Shown: positions 1 to 12,819, counted from the stretch's first letter. The stretch is DNA of 64,000 nucleotides from Octopus vulgaris (GCA_951406725.2 OX597822.1:67208001-67272000); one strand, 5' to 3'. Numbers and translations: made by a program. Notes: generated by a model not told the origin, from the sequence alone.

Positions 1-149
1 CGTGTTTGCTGTGAGCATCCTCTTCTTTTCCAAGTCAGCCGAAACAAACAAGCAATCACATCAAATCAATAACGATTTCATTTCATTTCAGAATTTTAAG
101 GCCTATAAAAAAGTTCGAAATTACATTTCAGATGTATTGGATACTTAAG

Positions 150-850
150 TAATTATCTGTAGAAATAAATGCAATAAAGAGAACAAAATAATTTTGAGGC
201 CCAGCATCTTAAGCCAAGACCACAAACACTTCAAAGATCATCCTATTCATATGCGACTTTCAATGATTATAATTTTACTAACAATATCACGTTTCCACCA
301 GGCATTTTGCTTGTTTCTACACGTTCATTTGATCTACTGCAAATGGTCAAATCTCTCTGAGACTACTCAAACTAGAAACGACGAACTGATTGAAGATCCA
401 ATAGTCAAAATAACTGGGGAAAAAAAAGGAGAAATAAAAGAGCGGATGGTTATTAGTGGAACGGTAACAAATGATAAAAAGTGGAGACCAAACAACATGC
501 ATAACAACGCCAAGAATGAAGAACATTAATAAGCTAGGACTTCGGATAAGTGACAATGTGAACATCGGAAAGGAAGCTGTGAATAGAAAATTCAATCATA
601 TGCTGACAGACGACAGAAATAATCAAAATCACACCCCAATTTACTCTATATCACAAAAAAAACACGACACTCTAAAGCCATAAGAACCCCAGTTTATTTA
701 ATAAAATCTACAACTGAAATAATAAATTTACCTGTCATGTATAACAACTTCTAGGACAAGATAAGCAGCATTCAAAACTGTAGTTAATCACAGCAAAAAA
801 TCAAAGAATGCAACGTACGTTTTCACAATACCATTACAGATGAAAAACTA
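150..850 (+). mobile_element. Highly decayed LINE (APE endonuclease/RT junction) remnant
   Basis: Fragmentary translation KIILFICDFN (~233-263) resembles the APE GDFN motif; many stops and frameshifts; no other strong motif. Confidence 0.3.
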
Positions 851-864
851 AATATATTTAAATA

Positions 865-1020
865 CAGCCTCCCAACCACATGGTTCTGGGTTCAATCCTA
901 CTATGTGACACTCTGCACAAGTGTCTTCTGCTATAACCTCAGGCCATCCAAAGCCTTGTCAGTAAATTTGCTGGATGGAAACTGAAAGAAGCTTACTGTG
1001 TGTGTGTGTGGTTGTGTGTT
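865..1020 (+). mobile_element. SINE type A, partial decayed copy
   Basis: ccaaccacatggttctgggttcaatcc...ggaaactgaaagaagc then (TG)n; aligns to the copy at 3562. Confidence 0.85.
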
Positions 1021-1070
1021 ACTGTTATTAAATTTTCTACTGCCACCTCCACATCACATGACTACCATAA

Positions 1071-1266
1071 GGACAGATCAGGTACCGGAACAAGGATTCT
1101 GGATTATTTTCCCGATTTTTTACTTAATTTTAGAGAGTGGTCGGGTTCATTTTTAGTATTCTCGTTTGTGAGTGCTATCGAGTCTGTTTCAGATATTATC
1201 ATTTTAAAAATCACCTCCGGCTAATCATTGGTGTTGCCTTGGCGGAGGTTTGCCCTGAGTACTCTC
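1071..1266 (+). mobile_element. 3' part of a putative Helentron-associated (HINE/DINE-like) non-autonomous element
   Basis: acctccg...ccttggcggaggt inverted motif just before a terminal tgagtactc segment; architecture recalled for HINE-type elements. Confidence 0.35.
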
Positions 1267-1323
1267 ATCATCACCATCATCACCATCATCATCATCATCA
1301 CCATCACCACCACCACCACCACC

Positions 1324-1373
<50 letters not shown>

Positions 1374-1389
1374 TATTATTATTATTATT
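1266..1389. repeat. Compound (CAT)n/(CAC)n/(TAT)n microsatellite
   Basis: Direct reading; source of the poly-H/poly-I ORFs. Confidence 0.97.
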
Positions 1390-1800
1390 GAGTCGTTACC
1401 GCACAAGACAAAATACTTAACGAAATTTCGTCCATCTTTACGCTCTGTGTCCAAAAGCTGATGACGATGGACTTTGCCATCATCATTTCAGGTCAATAAT
1501 ATATGTACCAGTTTCCCATTGTGATCGATGTAATCAGCTAGTCTCCTCCATTAAAATTTCAGGCGTTGAGTCTATAGTAAAAAGGATTATTATTATTGAT
1601 AGAATCATTACCACGCTGGCCGAGATTCTTGGGGATACTTCGTCCATCTTCACGTTTTGAGTTCAAATTCCGCCGAGGTTAACTTTGCCTGTTATTCTTA
1701 CGGGGTCGATAAATTAACTACCGGTGAAACAGTAGGGTCGATGTAATCGACTAGTCCCATCCCCCCAAATTTCAGGCGTTGTGTTTTTTGTTGAAAGTAT
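1390..1800 (+). mobile_element. Two tandem decayed SINE type B copies
   Basis: gagttcaaattccgccgagg B-box region, ggggtcgataaattaa body and aaatttcaggc tail; tail seen twice. Confidence 0.8.
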
Positions 1801-1821
1801 TATTATTATTATTATTATTAT

Positions 1822-2078
1822 TGAGTGAGAGAGTAGCGCATGCCATCAAAGTGACACTGGGGTAAAATATACGAAGCCGGTATACCCATCCTCACTACCC
1901 GTCTAATAAGGGTACACTAGGCACATACATCACAACAATATGCGCGCGACATAGTAATCTCATATCAAGGTAAACAGCGCATGACCTTGCAGGTGGGGCC
2001 CAGTTAGAATTTTCTTCTGGTTGAGTAATCCATCCCACTCAAAAGGTCCCTGAATAAGGGTTGTTTAAGGATGTTGCC
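1822..2078 (-). mobile_element. Unclassified retroposon 3' end with (TAA)n tail
   Basis: ~255-bp balanced-GC block between (TTA)n runs; on the minus strand it ends ctctctcactcaataataataa. Confidence 0.5.
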
Positions 2079-2084
2079 ATATTA

Positions 2085-3110
2085 TTATTAACATTATTAT
2101 TATTATTATTCAGTAGTCTTAATTTTATAACGTCTTTTCACTACTCTACCGAGCGCAGCTGTGTGTGCCTTGGGTATGTGCTGCGGTTTGTTGTGGTGCT
2201 TTATTGTTACTGTATTGAAATTATCTTACGTAGAATGTGTGCGGTGCCTAGTAGTATTATTTTCTGTACGTTGTATATATTTGTTAGTTATGTATTTGTC
2301 TGAATGCACCTATTATGATAAGAATTGTTTCTGTTTTTAAACTCCACATTCGAGTTTCCTCTATTTCGAGATCTTTGTATTTTGGAAGTTTCTCCATTTC
2401 TATTAGAGAAACGTTGTCATCTGTTAATATTGATACATCAATTTGAAAGCATTTTTTTCTTCATGATCTCTGACAACTATATGTGGTCTGTTGGCCTTAA
2501 TTTCTCTATCTGTGTGTATTGGCATATCCCAGAGTATGATTGCTTTCACATTTTCTGTGACCTTTTCTGGCGTTCCTATACCATCTTGTTTCTGTTGTTA
2601 TTCCATAGTGTTGGCATAGCTTCCATTGTATGTAGGACCCAACTATGTCGTGTTTGTAGACATATTCCTTTTAGCCAGGACTGGGCAGCCAGGACTGGGC
2701 AACCAGGGATAATATGATTTATTGTTTCTTCTCCAACTCCACATATTCTGCATCTACTAGTTATGTTTCTTTTTATTATAAGCTTTTGGTAAAAAAATCC
2801 TTCAGTCTCTGGTTTGAGTCCTGAGCTTCTCGGCCATTGTCGGGATTTTGCTTTGTCTATTTCTTTTGCGTTTAGGTTAACCCAGTACTTGTCATGAAGA
2901 TTTTCTTGCCATCGCTTTATCATGATCCGTTGCTGTTTGAGCTGGGATTTCACTTGTTTTACAGCTTTTGTAGTTTCTTCTTTTTCTTCGTAGTACTTAG
3001 CTAGTACGGCTTGTTGTTTGTATTTATCAGCTTCCTTAAAGATTGAAAACAGTTTTTTGATTTGTTCGTGTTACGTGGCTGTTTGTATTAGTTTTCCTTG
3101 CTTCTGATTA
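2085..3110 (-). mobile_element. 5'-truncated Dong/R4-clade LINE (CCHC knuckle plus RLE endonuclease), pseudogenised
   Basis: Minus-strand translation SSGLKPETEGF, CRICGVGEETINHIIPGCPVLA (CCHC), ILWDMPIHTDREIKANRPHIVV and EKLSKYKDLEIE; (TAA)n tail and (TTA)n on both flanks; a 14-bp duplication at 2673-2700 breaks the frame. Confidence 0.88.
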
Positions 3111-3289
3111 TTATTGTTGTTGTTATTATTATTATTATTATTAAAAAAGTCAAAATTACAAGAAGACTGCTATTGTCATATATAGAATTATCTTTCGACA
3201 TCTTGTGTTTCTTCAAATGGTTCAAAAAATAAATTTGTCAATCTACTTCATTTTGGTCAATATATTATTATGATTGATATATTATTATA

Positions 3290-3457
3290 ATGACTATGAT
3301 GATGGCGTTAACGAAAATGATGTGGAAGATGACGACGACGATGATGATGATGATGATGATGATGACGACGAGTGGAAGGAGGAAAGAAATGTCAATGAAA
3401 ATGATATGGTTAATGATGATGATGACAATAATAATGATGATGACAATGATATTAATA

Positions 3458-3537
<80 letters not shown>

Positions 3538-3555
3538 GTATTGTTATTATTATTG
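3290..3555. repeat. (GAT)n/(TAT)n/(TAG)n microsatellite cluster
   Basis: Direct reading. Confidence 0.95.
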
Positions 3556-3561
3556 CAGTAA

Positions 3562-3728
3562 TAGGCGCAGGAGTGGCTGTGTGGTAAGTAGCTTGCTTAC
3601 CAACCACATGGTTCCGTGTTCAGTCCCACTGCGTGGCATCTTCGGCAAGTGTCTTCTACTATAGCCTCGGGCCGACCAAAGCCTTGTGAGTGGATTTGGT
3701 AGACGGAAACTGAAAGAAGCCCGTCGTA

Positions 3729-3771
<43 letters not shown>

Positions 3772-4035
3772 ATATATATATATATATATAGATAGATATA
3801 GATATATATATGCGTGTATGTTTGTGTGTCTGTGTTTGCCCCTCTAGCATTGATTGACAACCGATGCTGGTGTGTTTATGTCCCCGTCACGTAGCGGTTC
3901 GGCAATAGAGACCGATAGAATAAGTACTAGGCTTACAAAGAATAAGTCCCGGGGTCGAGTTGCTCGACTAAAGGCGGTGCTCCATCATGGCCTCAGTCAA
4001 CTGACTGAAACAAGTAAAAGAGTAAAAGTGTAAGA
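3562..4035 (+). mobile_element. SINE type A, full length (tRNA-derived head, central TA/TG microsatellite, gtaaaaga tail)
   Basis: Head ggcgcaggagtggctgtgtggtaag (A-box-like) and gttcagtccc (B-box-like); more than 10 homologues in the window. Confidence 0.93.
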
Positions 4036-4254
4036 GTAATAATATTGTAAATTTGAAAATTAGAAATATATTTAGACATCTTGATTCAATTGTTTCTTTA
4101 TTTGTCTACTTCAACGAAGTCATTCGTTCGTTTATCCATAAGTGCTTAAATAACATTAAGCCATTGTACTCATTAACCGACTTTTCATTACATATGAATT
4201 ATATAGTTATTCTCTCTCATATAAACTGTACACTAATTTTTGGTAAACGACGAC

Positions 4255-4815
4255 AGTGGTGAGGCGGCGGGTGATGATGACCACCACGAGGATGATGATG
4301 ATCAAGACAATGATGATGATGATGATGATGATGAGTAGAGTAGAGGGAGGAGGAGGCGGAGGTGGAAGCGGTAGGAGGCGGAGGAGGAAGAATAGGAATA
4401 TGCTGACTAAATTGATGATGATGATGATGATGATGGCGACGATGATAATGGCGATGATGACGACGAGGGAAGCGAGGAGGGGAAATATCAATGACAATGA
4501 TGTGGATGTGTATGATGATGATGATGATGATGATAATGATGGATTATGATGATCATGATGGTGAGAATGATGCCGACGGTAATGATGTGCAGGACGATGA
4601 TGATGACTTCGTTCGTAATAATATAATGCTAATGATGATAATGAAGAGGAGGAGAGGTGGAGGAGGGTTGAAGAGGGTGGTGATGAGGATGATGATGATG
4701 ATGATGATAATGACGATTGTGATGATGATGGTGATGGTAGTGGTGGTGGTGGTAGTGGTGGTTGTGGTGGTGGCGGTGATGATGATGACGATGATGATGA
4801 TGATGGTAGTGGTGT
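4255..4815. repeat. Degenerate (GAT)n/(GGT)n/(GAG)n low-complexity tract
   Basis: Direct reading. Confidence 0.92.
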
Positions 4816-5607
4816 ATTTAGTAATAACTTTATCGCCAAATTAAAATCTGCACCTTCCCTTCGTTTATGCATTCATCATTTATCCACTTCAGATTATTCT
4901 TGCATTTGTTTATTTTGTTCCTATTTATCAATACAGCAACTTGAAGCACTTCTATCACGAGCTTCCATTTGTTTTCTTTCTCTTTTTTCTCCCCCACCGT
5001 TTTCTGGCTCTCTTCCCTTACACTCTTAATCTCCCCCTCCCTTTCTCTTTTGCTTCATTCCCGTCTCACTTTTTCTCACACTATGCCTCTCTTCCTCACT
5101 CCCTCTCTCTCTCTCTCTCTATCTGTTTATCTCTGTCTCTCTCACTCTTCAGTGCGCTCGCTCTTTATTTGTGTTGAACTTAAATTTTGCACCAATTCAA
5201 CTTGCACGAATTTAGATTTTGACAGGTTTCCATACATTCTGTCCCGGACAGTAATGGCTTCTTCTCATTGTGGATAGAGAACAACCACTCGTAAGCCATT
5301 CCGCCATTTACCTCGCTTACTCTACTTTTTTCGTTTCTCCAGTAATTCAACGGTTGCTGATGACCAACTAACCGAGTGACAGCTCCAACGTTCGAGCACT
5401 ACTGCACCCACACATACATATATACATACATACATACATACATACATACATACATACATACATACATACATGCCTACATATGTGTCTGTGAATCTGTGTA
5501 TGTGTGAATTTCGAATATTGCATAATTTGAAGCAGGTTTGTTACAAAAACAGTTGTAATAAATCATTAAAGATTTGTTAAAGATCTTTGTCTTATTAATT
5601 ACGTTAT

Positions 5608-5652
<45 letters not shown>

Positions 5653-7499
5653 CTTTATAATTAGGGTTCAGCAAATATTTGCTTCACCACATACCGAAGT
5701 TTAGAAATAGCAGTCAAAAAATCTTAGCTATTCCTTCTACTTTAAAAGGGGGCTCCCAGAAAAACTTTGGTACTTGAAAGCAAAAGGGAAAAATAACGAA
5801 AATCAATAACGAAACTATTTCATGCCGAATTCTACTTGGTGAAATTTCTGATTACTTCTTAATTAATTAATTTTACCCTTTGTTATTATTATATATATAT
5901 ATATATATATGGCAAATTTCTAATCAGACTGTGGATAAGAACTATTGTTCTTAATAATTCTAAGTCATTCTTAGATGCTGGTCCATTTTGGTACTTCTTT
6001 CTAAACGCATGAATTATAACTAATGAAAAACAAATATCCATAAATTCCTAAAATGGCCTGAATAAATGAACATAACAATTGCATGTCTCTTTTTAAACTT
6101 TCTGACAAGTTAATACTCACGCTGTTTATTGGTGTCATTTTCTCTTAGTGCATAGCTCATCGGATCAAGGGAGTTAACGAGTGTTTTCTATTCAGTTGCA
6201 GAACAATAGAATTAAATCTGAATTTATGTTGCATGGAAACTCACCACGTGACCGTCTATGAGTTATCTTTATATACGAGTCCATTTTGTATTTTTCAACA
6301 ATTAAATAAATCAAATCATTTATGCATTATTGAATTTAATTAAGACTTCTCTCTTTCCGTTATATTTCCTAAAGAGCATGAGTTCGACTTTTTTTAATGC
6401 AGCAACTATTCTTGTTTGTTGTTCAAATCATTGTTGATGCATATTATTATTAATACTAATATTGTTGTTATTCATGTTTTTCCTGTTCTTTTTATTACCG
6501 TTGTTGAAGATGACGCAATTTTTGTATCACTTTTTGAATTTTATTACAAATATATTAATAGAAATAGTTAAAGTTTTCAATTGAAATACGTATCATTTTT
6601 GTGTAGTTTTTAATCTCTATTCTTCTTTTACAATCTCTTACATAGTAAAATTTTGCACGAATTAGCAGCGGTAGGTTAGCAATGGCTTTTATGTTTTATT
6701 TCAAGAGATTTGCGGCACTATAAATCAACATTAAAAATTCATGTCGTTATCTAATAGAATAATTGGTATGTTGATGTCTGCACATTGTGAATACGACAGC
6801 TTTTATGTGGTAATTTTATTTATTTAGTTTTACACCAATTTTTTTTTTAAATAACACTCAAAACATTTGACAACATTTAAATATAAGAACAATGATTGAC
6901 AATAATTTAAAGAGAAAAATAATTAAACGCCATGATTAAATGTACTGTTTGTTGTTGTACGTATTACTTTTTAAAAGTAATATTTGAGATGTTTATAAAG
7001 GCATGATTGTAATGAATAAATAATCATAATTTTACTCTGAAACGAAGCTCAAACTTTCCTGCCTTTAACAATATGTAATACAATAGGATTACGAACAACA
7101 CTAATACAAAATATTTTTGAAACATATTTATTTTTACATTTGATTCACTTGAAAACCCCAAGCATAAATATTGTATTCTTGAACAATCTGAACATGCTTC
7201 AAATAAATAACGCTTTCTGCCCAGACAAGAGATAACATACAAGAAATATTATGGAATATAATATTGGCATTTTTTAGACGTTCTAAACTCACGTGTCCAT
7301 GAATATTCAAAAGATTCAACTAAAAATGCATTGCTAATATTTTTTGTTTTTAAGATGAAGAGATTTACATTTCAATTTCATCAGCAAGAGCTCTGTTTTC
7401 GAAGTGATACCGACTATTTTATTAGAGTAAATACCAATATACATTTCACGTGGAGTTGTATTTTTATTGAAAGTTCTGTGATCGCCATTTAGAAAAATA

Positions 7500-8500
7500 G
7501 GGTTTGGCAATGGAAATGTTAAAGAATAGAGGAGAACATCTATGGAAATCCCTTTATTCTATATTGCAATCGATGTTTGTAAGAGGAAAACGTACCAATC
7601 CGCGCCCTGGAAGAAGTTAAAAACCATGCTCCTTAATAAGAAGGATGATAGAGAACAAGTAAGAGACAATAACCCCACATGCCTCTTGTTTCATTTTTAA
7701 AAGATGTTTACAGATGTCATGATTGCCAAAAAAAAAACTGCATGATAAACCGATAGACGAAGCAGTGTTTGGATTAACTCGGACACAATAAATGACTCGT
7801 TCACTTCAGCAGAGCTTCTAGAATAAACAGAACTGAAATAAGAGTATAATCAGAGCATGCTTACAGAACTAGGGATCCAGAGTACAGCACCAGCCTCCAG
7901 AGTAAAGCGCATGTAAACAAAATTCATGTTGTTAGTATAAGTAGAACAAAAGCGAATAATGGAGGGAATCTATGAAATTGAGAAGGTGAAGGAGAGCGTT
8001 TACTTGAGAAAGTCAGTAAATATATGCAGGCATATTAATGCTGAAACCTCATGCATTGTAAGAGTAGTGTGGAAGGTGTTTGCCAAGATGTAAGATCTGC
8101 TCAAAGCACAGCGGGACAAGACCAGCAGGGCTAATTAGTTCAGTAGCAAGTTTCTGAGACGTGACGGCTACAGTGGAAGAATGCCAGTGACTGGTTACAA
8201 CAGAGTAGGCCATGGAAACCATCATTCTAATAATATCATCGTGAGAGCATATTCGCGACACGGTAATTCCAAAATGGAATGGAGTAAAAATGTAATCACA
8301 CTACGGAAAATGGAAAGCAAAAGTTCTCTTCGGTCGTACATGTCATAAGGCTCACAGAGAAGCGATGGTTCCGAGCAGGTGTCGAATGATATCCAACAGA
8401 TTGGAAGAGACCACACGGAGGAACTGCAAGTAGATGGGAAGATGACACGCAAATGGAAGAAAAAGGTACAATCAAGAAAATAATTAAAACACCTCTTGAT
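7500..8500 (+). mobile_element. Decayed RTE-clade LINE (RT N-terminus and C-terminal region, internal deletion)
   Basis: Fragments WKKLKTMLLNKKDDREQVRDNNPTCLLFHF (cf. WK..KTILL.KKGD...YRPICLL), IEKVKESVYL, LVTTE*AME, YPTDWKRPHGGTASRWEDD. Confidence 0.7.
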
Positions 8501-8830
8501 CAGTGATGTATGAGGACGTCTCATGTCTGTTCGATACAGCGATAGAGCTATGGTGAGATTTAGGATATTCTTAACAGTTAAGTATGGCATTGTGTCTAGA
8601 TTATGTACGGGCTAATTCGGTGATTTAGTGTATGTGAGATTTGGGGTCTATTTAAAAACATTCGTGTTTATACATAAATATAATATGTATGCCGATGTCT
8701 TTGGTGATTATTGAATTGAAATTCTGCCCAACATTTAACTCTTGTGTAGAGAACCTCGGTGGGTAGTGAGTATCTTTTTAACATTCAGATACGTGATATG
8801 TGAAGGAGTTATTTATTAAGGTTATCTTAA

Positions 8831-9020
8831 TAGATTTTCCATACAAATTATAACCAGTAATGATTTCGTTACGATATTTCAGATCGGAGACGCCAAATGT
8901 AAACAATGAAATCTAGGATGAAAGATGTATAATGGCTGTATATGCCATATTTCGAGAGTTTTTGCTCCTTCATCAGCACCCATCCAATCAATTAACGATC
9001 CACGAACTCATTGCTTCAGT
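8831..9020 (-). mobile_element. PLE pseudo-LTR-like repeat with minimal hammerhead (arm 1)
   Basis: Minus strand: atgggtg-CTGATGA-aggag-caaaaa-ctctc-GAAA-tatggcata-TA-cagccat; homologous to 9250-9428 (inverted) and 12318-12500 (direct). Confidence 0.75.
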
Positions 9021-9188
9021 CTAGGACATTTACTCCGAGGACAATTACCTCTGAGGACAACAAATGAAGATTTAAAACTTCTTAATATATTGTAGAGGGG
9101 GTAATTAACCAAATGGGGTAATTTCCTAGGGGGTATATGTCATCGGGGGAATTGTCCTTTGGGGGCTAAGGTAATTGTCCTGATACGA
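9020..9188. mobile_element. MITE-like element with iterated inverted subterminal repeats
   Basis: Left ggacaattacc-type units versus right ggtaattgtcc-type units in inverted orientation. Confidence 0.6.
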
Positions 9189-9249
9189 TTACACACATTC
9201 CTAGAAGATGGTACGTAAATATTAATGACCTGTAGGGACACGGTATGGG

Positions 9250-9428
9250 TTGGACTGATGCTGTTGAAGGAGTAAAAGTTCCTGAAATATGGCATTATAC
9301 AACCATTACCATTTTTTTAATATCTTCGATATCGTTCTTGTATACATCAATTATCTGGTTGTTATTCTCGGATACGAAAACATCGCAACGAAGTCAGTGC
9401 TGGTTATTATTTCTATACAAAATCTGTA
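9250..9428 (+). mobile_element. PLE pseudo-LTR-like repeat with degenerate hammerhead (arm 2, inverted)
   Basis: CTGTTGA-aggag-taaaag-ttcct-GAAA-tatggcattata; its reverse complement aligns to 8831-8990. Confidence 0.7.
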
Positions 9429-9442
9429 GGGATAACCTTAAC

Positions 9443-9717
9443 AAGGCGGCGAGCTGACAGAAACGTTAGCACGCCGGATGAAATGCTTAGCGTTAATTCA
9501 CGTGTGTTTACATTTTGAGTTTAAATTCCGCCGAGCTCGATTTTGCTTTTTAGGCGTAGGAGTGGCTGTGTGGTAAGTAGCTTGCTTACCAACCACATGG
9601 TTCCGGGTTCAGTCCCACTGCGTGGCATCTTGGGCAAGTGTCTTCTACTGTAGCTCGGGCCGACCAATGCCTTGTGAGTGGATTTGGTAGAGGAAAACTG
9701 AAGGAAGCCCGTCGTAA

Positions 9718-9751
<34 letters not shown>

Positions 9752-9790
9752 GTGCTTCTGTGTGCGTGTGTTTGCATATATATACACACA
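9443..9790 (+). mobile_element. SINE B head (9443-9550) interrupted by SINE A 5' half (9551-9790)
   Basis: ggcggcgagctgacagaaacgttagc head, then taggcgtaggagtggctgtgtggtaag. Confidence 0.88.
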
Positions 9791-9894
9791 CACAAATATA
9801 TATATAAGATATATATACACTCTCATACAGGCAATTATATACGCGTGTGTATGTATGCATGTATATGTATGTATGTGTATATGTGTATATGTTT

Positions 9895-9896
9895 AG

Positions 9897-9971
<75 letters not shown>

Positions 9972-10110
9972 AAAACAGACAGGCAGACAGACAGATATAT
10001 TGATATATAGATAGACCGATAGATAGATAGATACATACATACATACATACATACATACATACATACATACATACATACATACATACATACATGCATACAT
10101 ACATACATAT
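9895..10110. repeat. (TAGA)n plus (CATA)n microsatellite
   Basis: Direct reading. Confidence 0.96.
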
Positions 10111-10763
10111 ACAAACAAACAGACAGTTTCACTATTTAGTGTCCATGTACGTTTAGCATCTAATTTCAAAATTATAGACATACCAAAATTGATAGTAAAC
10201 GTCTAAAATATCTAAGACTCTGAATTTGAGACTCCAAAAATTAAATAACATTAATTTTACCTAAAACCATAAATTACACTCAAAGGACATTATTCTTGGT
10301 CTATAACAGAAATCAGTTGGCGCTGTATAATGCCAAACTGTCTTCTGTAGCTTCTGGTTGTCCAAAGCCTAATAAAATATACAAAGGTTACTTGTTTGGT
10401 TGGTAAATTCCTTTGTTTGCTATTTTATTGGGTTTAGTTCTTTTCGGCAATGAGTGTAATTTCGAATGTCCTCTTTGATATACTTTCAGGCAGCATCTAT
10501 CTTAGAATTGCATTCGATGCACTAATATTTGTGATACTCCCAAACGACTTACGCTATAATTCAAATCGGATACGTAGGTCTTTCGATCAAAGGACAAAAT
10601 GCTCAGCATTGAAACTGACAGCGGTTGCATCGACACTGTGTGTGTGTGTGTGTGTGTGTATTAATCTGCGAATACTAAATGCTACAAAACACGGCTCACG
10701 TCCAATCAAAAACATTATTCATATATATATATATATATATATATAGAAAGGGAGAGAGAGATT

Positions 10764-10794
<31 letters not shown>

Positions 10795-10912
10795 CGATAG
10801 ATAGAAATATACATATATGTGTACTGGACAAACGTCTTTCACTATAGCCTCGGTTTGACGTATGAATTATCACTGAATTTGGTTGTCAGAAGCTGTGTAG
10901 AAGCTCGTTGTA

Positions 10913-12204
10913 CGAGGGGGTAGCCAAAAGTAACCGAAAACGTTCTCTGTGGGGCAAACCCGCTGTGGCTCAGGCTTCCACCGCTAGAAGCCACTTGATG
11001 CGACCCTCAGGCATCAGTCTGCCAATCATCGTCGTCGAGTAAAGTCGTACTGCTAAAGGTTGCGTCTTCGTCGATTTTCGCGATGGCTGAAACGAAAAAA
11101 AAAAGGCGTGCTTCTGTGAAGTTATGTTCTTTACTGGGGGCAACGACGGCCGAAAGAGTTCTCATGCTTCTACCCGCTTACAATGAGCTTACAATGAGCA
11201 AAACACATGTTTACGGGTCATTTTCATACTTTAAGAATAGTAACTTGTCGCTTGAAGACCAACCACGTTCACGGCGACCATCGTCCTCCTAAAGGAATGA
11301 AAACATCACGAAAATTCATGAACTGCTCTTAGAGGGACGTCGTCGAACAATTGACGAACATTTTGATTTGACTGGTGTATCTTGGAGCTTCTGGCAATGA
11401 ATTTTGAGCGAGGAATTGCGAATGAAAACAGTTGCAGCAAAATGTGTGCCTCACTTGCTCACGGAAGATCAAAAGCAGTCACTACTGAATGCATGTCGTG
11501 AACTGAAAAAAAACATTTAGCAGTTGAGCGGGACTTTTTTTCGATGGGCATTATTGGTGACGGAAGCTGGTGGTACAGCTACGACCCGGAAACAAAACCG
11601 TGTTGAAGTCAGTGGAAGCATTCAATGTCAGCACGCCCCAAAGTGGAAGTCCAATGTCTGTACGATGCTGATTTGCTTCATCCATCGGTACGAAAGGAAT
11701 TGCCCACACAGAATCTGTTCCACCAGCAGGTCAAACTGCTACCAAGACATTTTAGTTGGCAATTCGGAAGTCATGGTGAAGACACGCAGAAGACACGGTG
11801 AGACGAAATCACCCCGACCCGTGGCAAAGTGGAGAGTGGGATTTCATCACGATAATGCATCTGCGCACACCGCCTTAAGTGTGAGATAGTTCTGCCAAAA
11901 GTAGCATGACCTCGCTTACTCACCCTCCTTATTCGCCCAATGCCGTTCCTGCGACTTTTTTCAGTTCCCCCGAATAAATGAAATCCTTAAAGAAACATCA
12001 TCTTGCAGACGCGGAAGAGGTGAAGAAAAAACCGACGGAAGCGTTAAAAGGGATCACTTCACAAGTGTTCCAGGACTGCTTCGAGCTGTGGAAAACGCTT
12101 CTTGACGGTTGCATTGCTTGAAATGGAGAATACTATGAAGGCGATAAAAGTGCAAATTTGTAAATCTTTATAAATAAATTACGGTTTCTTTTGGGTACCC
12201 CACG
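10913..12204 (+). mobile_element. Full-length defective mariner (D,D34D family) transposon, ~1.29 kb
   Basis: Imperfect TIRs cgagggggtagccaaaagtaaccg / cggtttcttttgggtaccccacg, TA on both sides; motifs VAAKCVPHLLTEDQK, IIGDGSWWYSYDPETK, FHHDNASAH, HPPYSP, NGEYYEG split by frameshifts and stops. Confidence 0.93.
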
Positions 12205-12317
12205 TATACATACGTGTGTACATCTTCGTGCTTGTTGTTTCCTCCTTCTACTGCTTGGCAATTGGTGTTTTGTTCATCCTCGTAATACAGCGGTTCGGTA
12301 AACGCAAATGATGATAT

Positions 12318-12500
12318 CGATTTTCCATAGAAATTTTAACCAGCAATGATTTTGTTACATTTCCTATCCAATGCGCCAAATATAAAGAACGAGATCGAAG
12401 ATGAAAAATGGGTAATAGATGTATAAGCCGTATCTCGAGAGTTTTTGCTCCTTCATCAGCCCCCATCCAATCAATTAACCATCCACAAACTCATTGCTTA
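12318..12500 (-). mobile_element. Third copy of the HHR-bearing pseudo-LTR repeat
   Basis: gagagtttttgctccttcatcagc is identical to 8954-8977; GAAA core mutated to GAGA. Confidence 0.75.
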
Positions 12501-12784
12501 AACAGCCTCTAAGTACATGGTGAATGAAACTTCATGAGTAGAATGTGACGAAGTATCCTCGAAGGAGTGATTCAGTTATTGAATCAATAGTAAAATTCCG
12601 TCATCCGATTTAAAGCAGAAAATATACCTCGGTCGCATTTAAGCATATCAATGCTTTTGCAAATATTGAGACCAAGTTATCACTCTGAAAATATCATCTT
12701 CTCTTGCTTCTGCTCTTTCCAGATCCTTCAAAGAACAGAGAGACATTGAACGGAATAATTTCCCGTTTAAACTTTTTTAATAAC

Positions 12785-12819
<35 letters not shown>

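Noticed and set aside
3562-3630. tRNA genes at SINE heads (also 24680-24750, 41056, 42137, 54403)
   Set aside because: A/B boxes are present, but they run into repeat bodies with tails and often TSDs; no complete cloverleaf.
7000-7320. Possible hAT-like transposase C-terminus on minus strand (VQIVQEYN)
   Set aside because: Single weak motif and no termini found.
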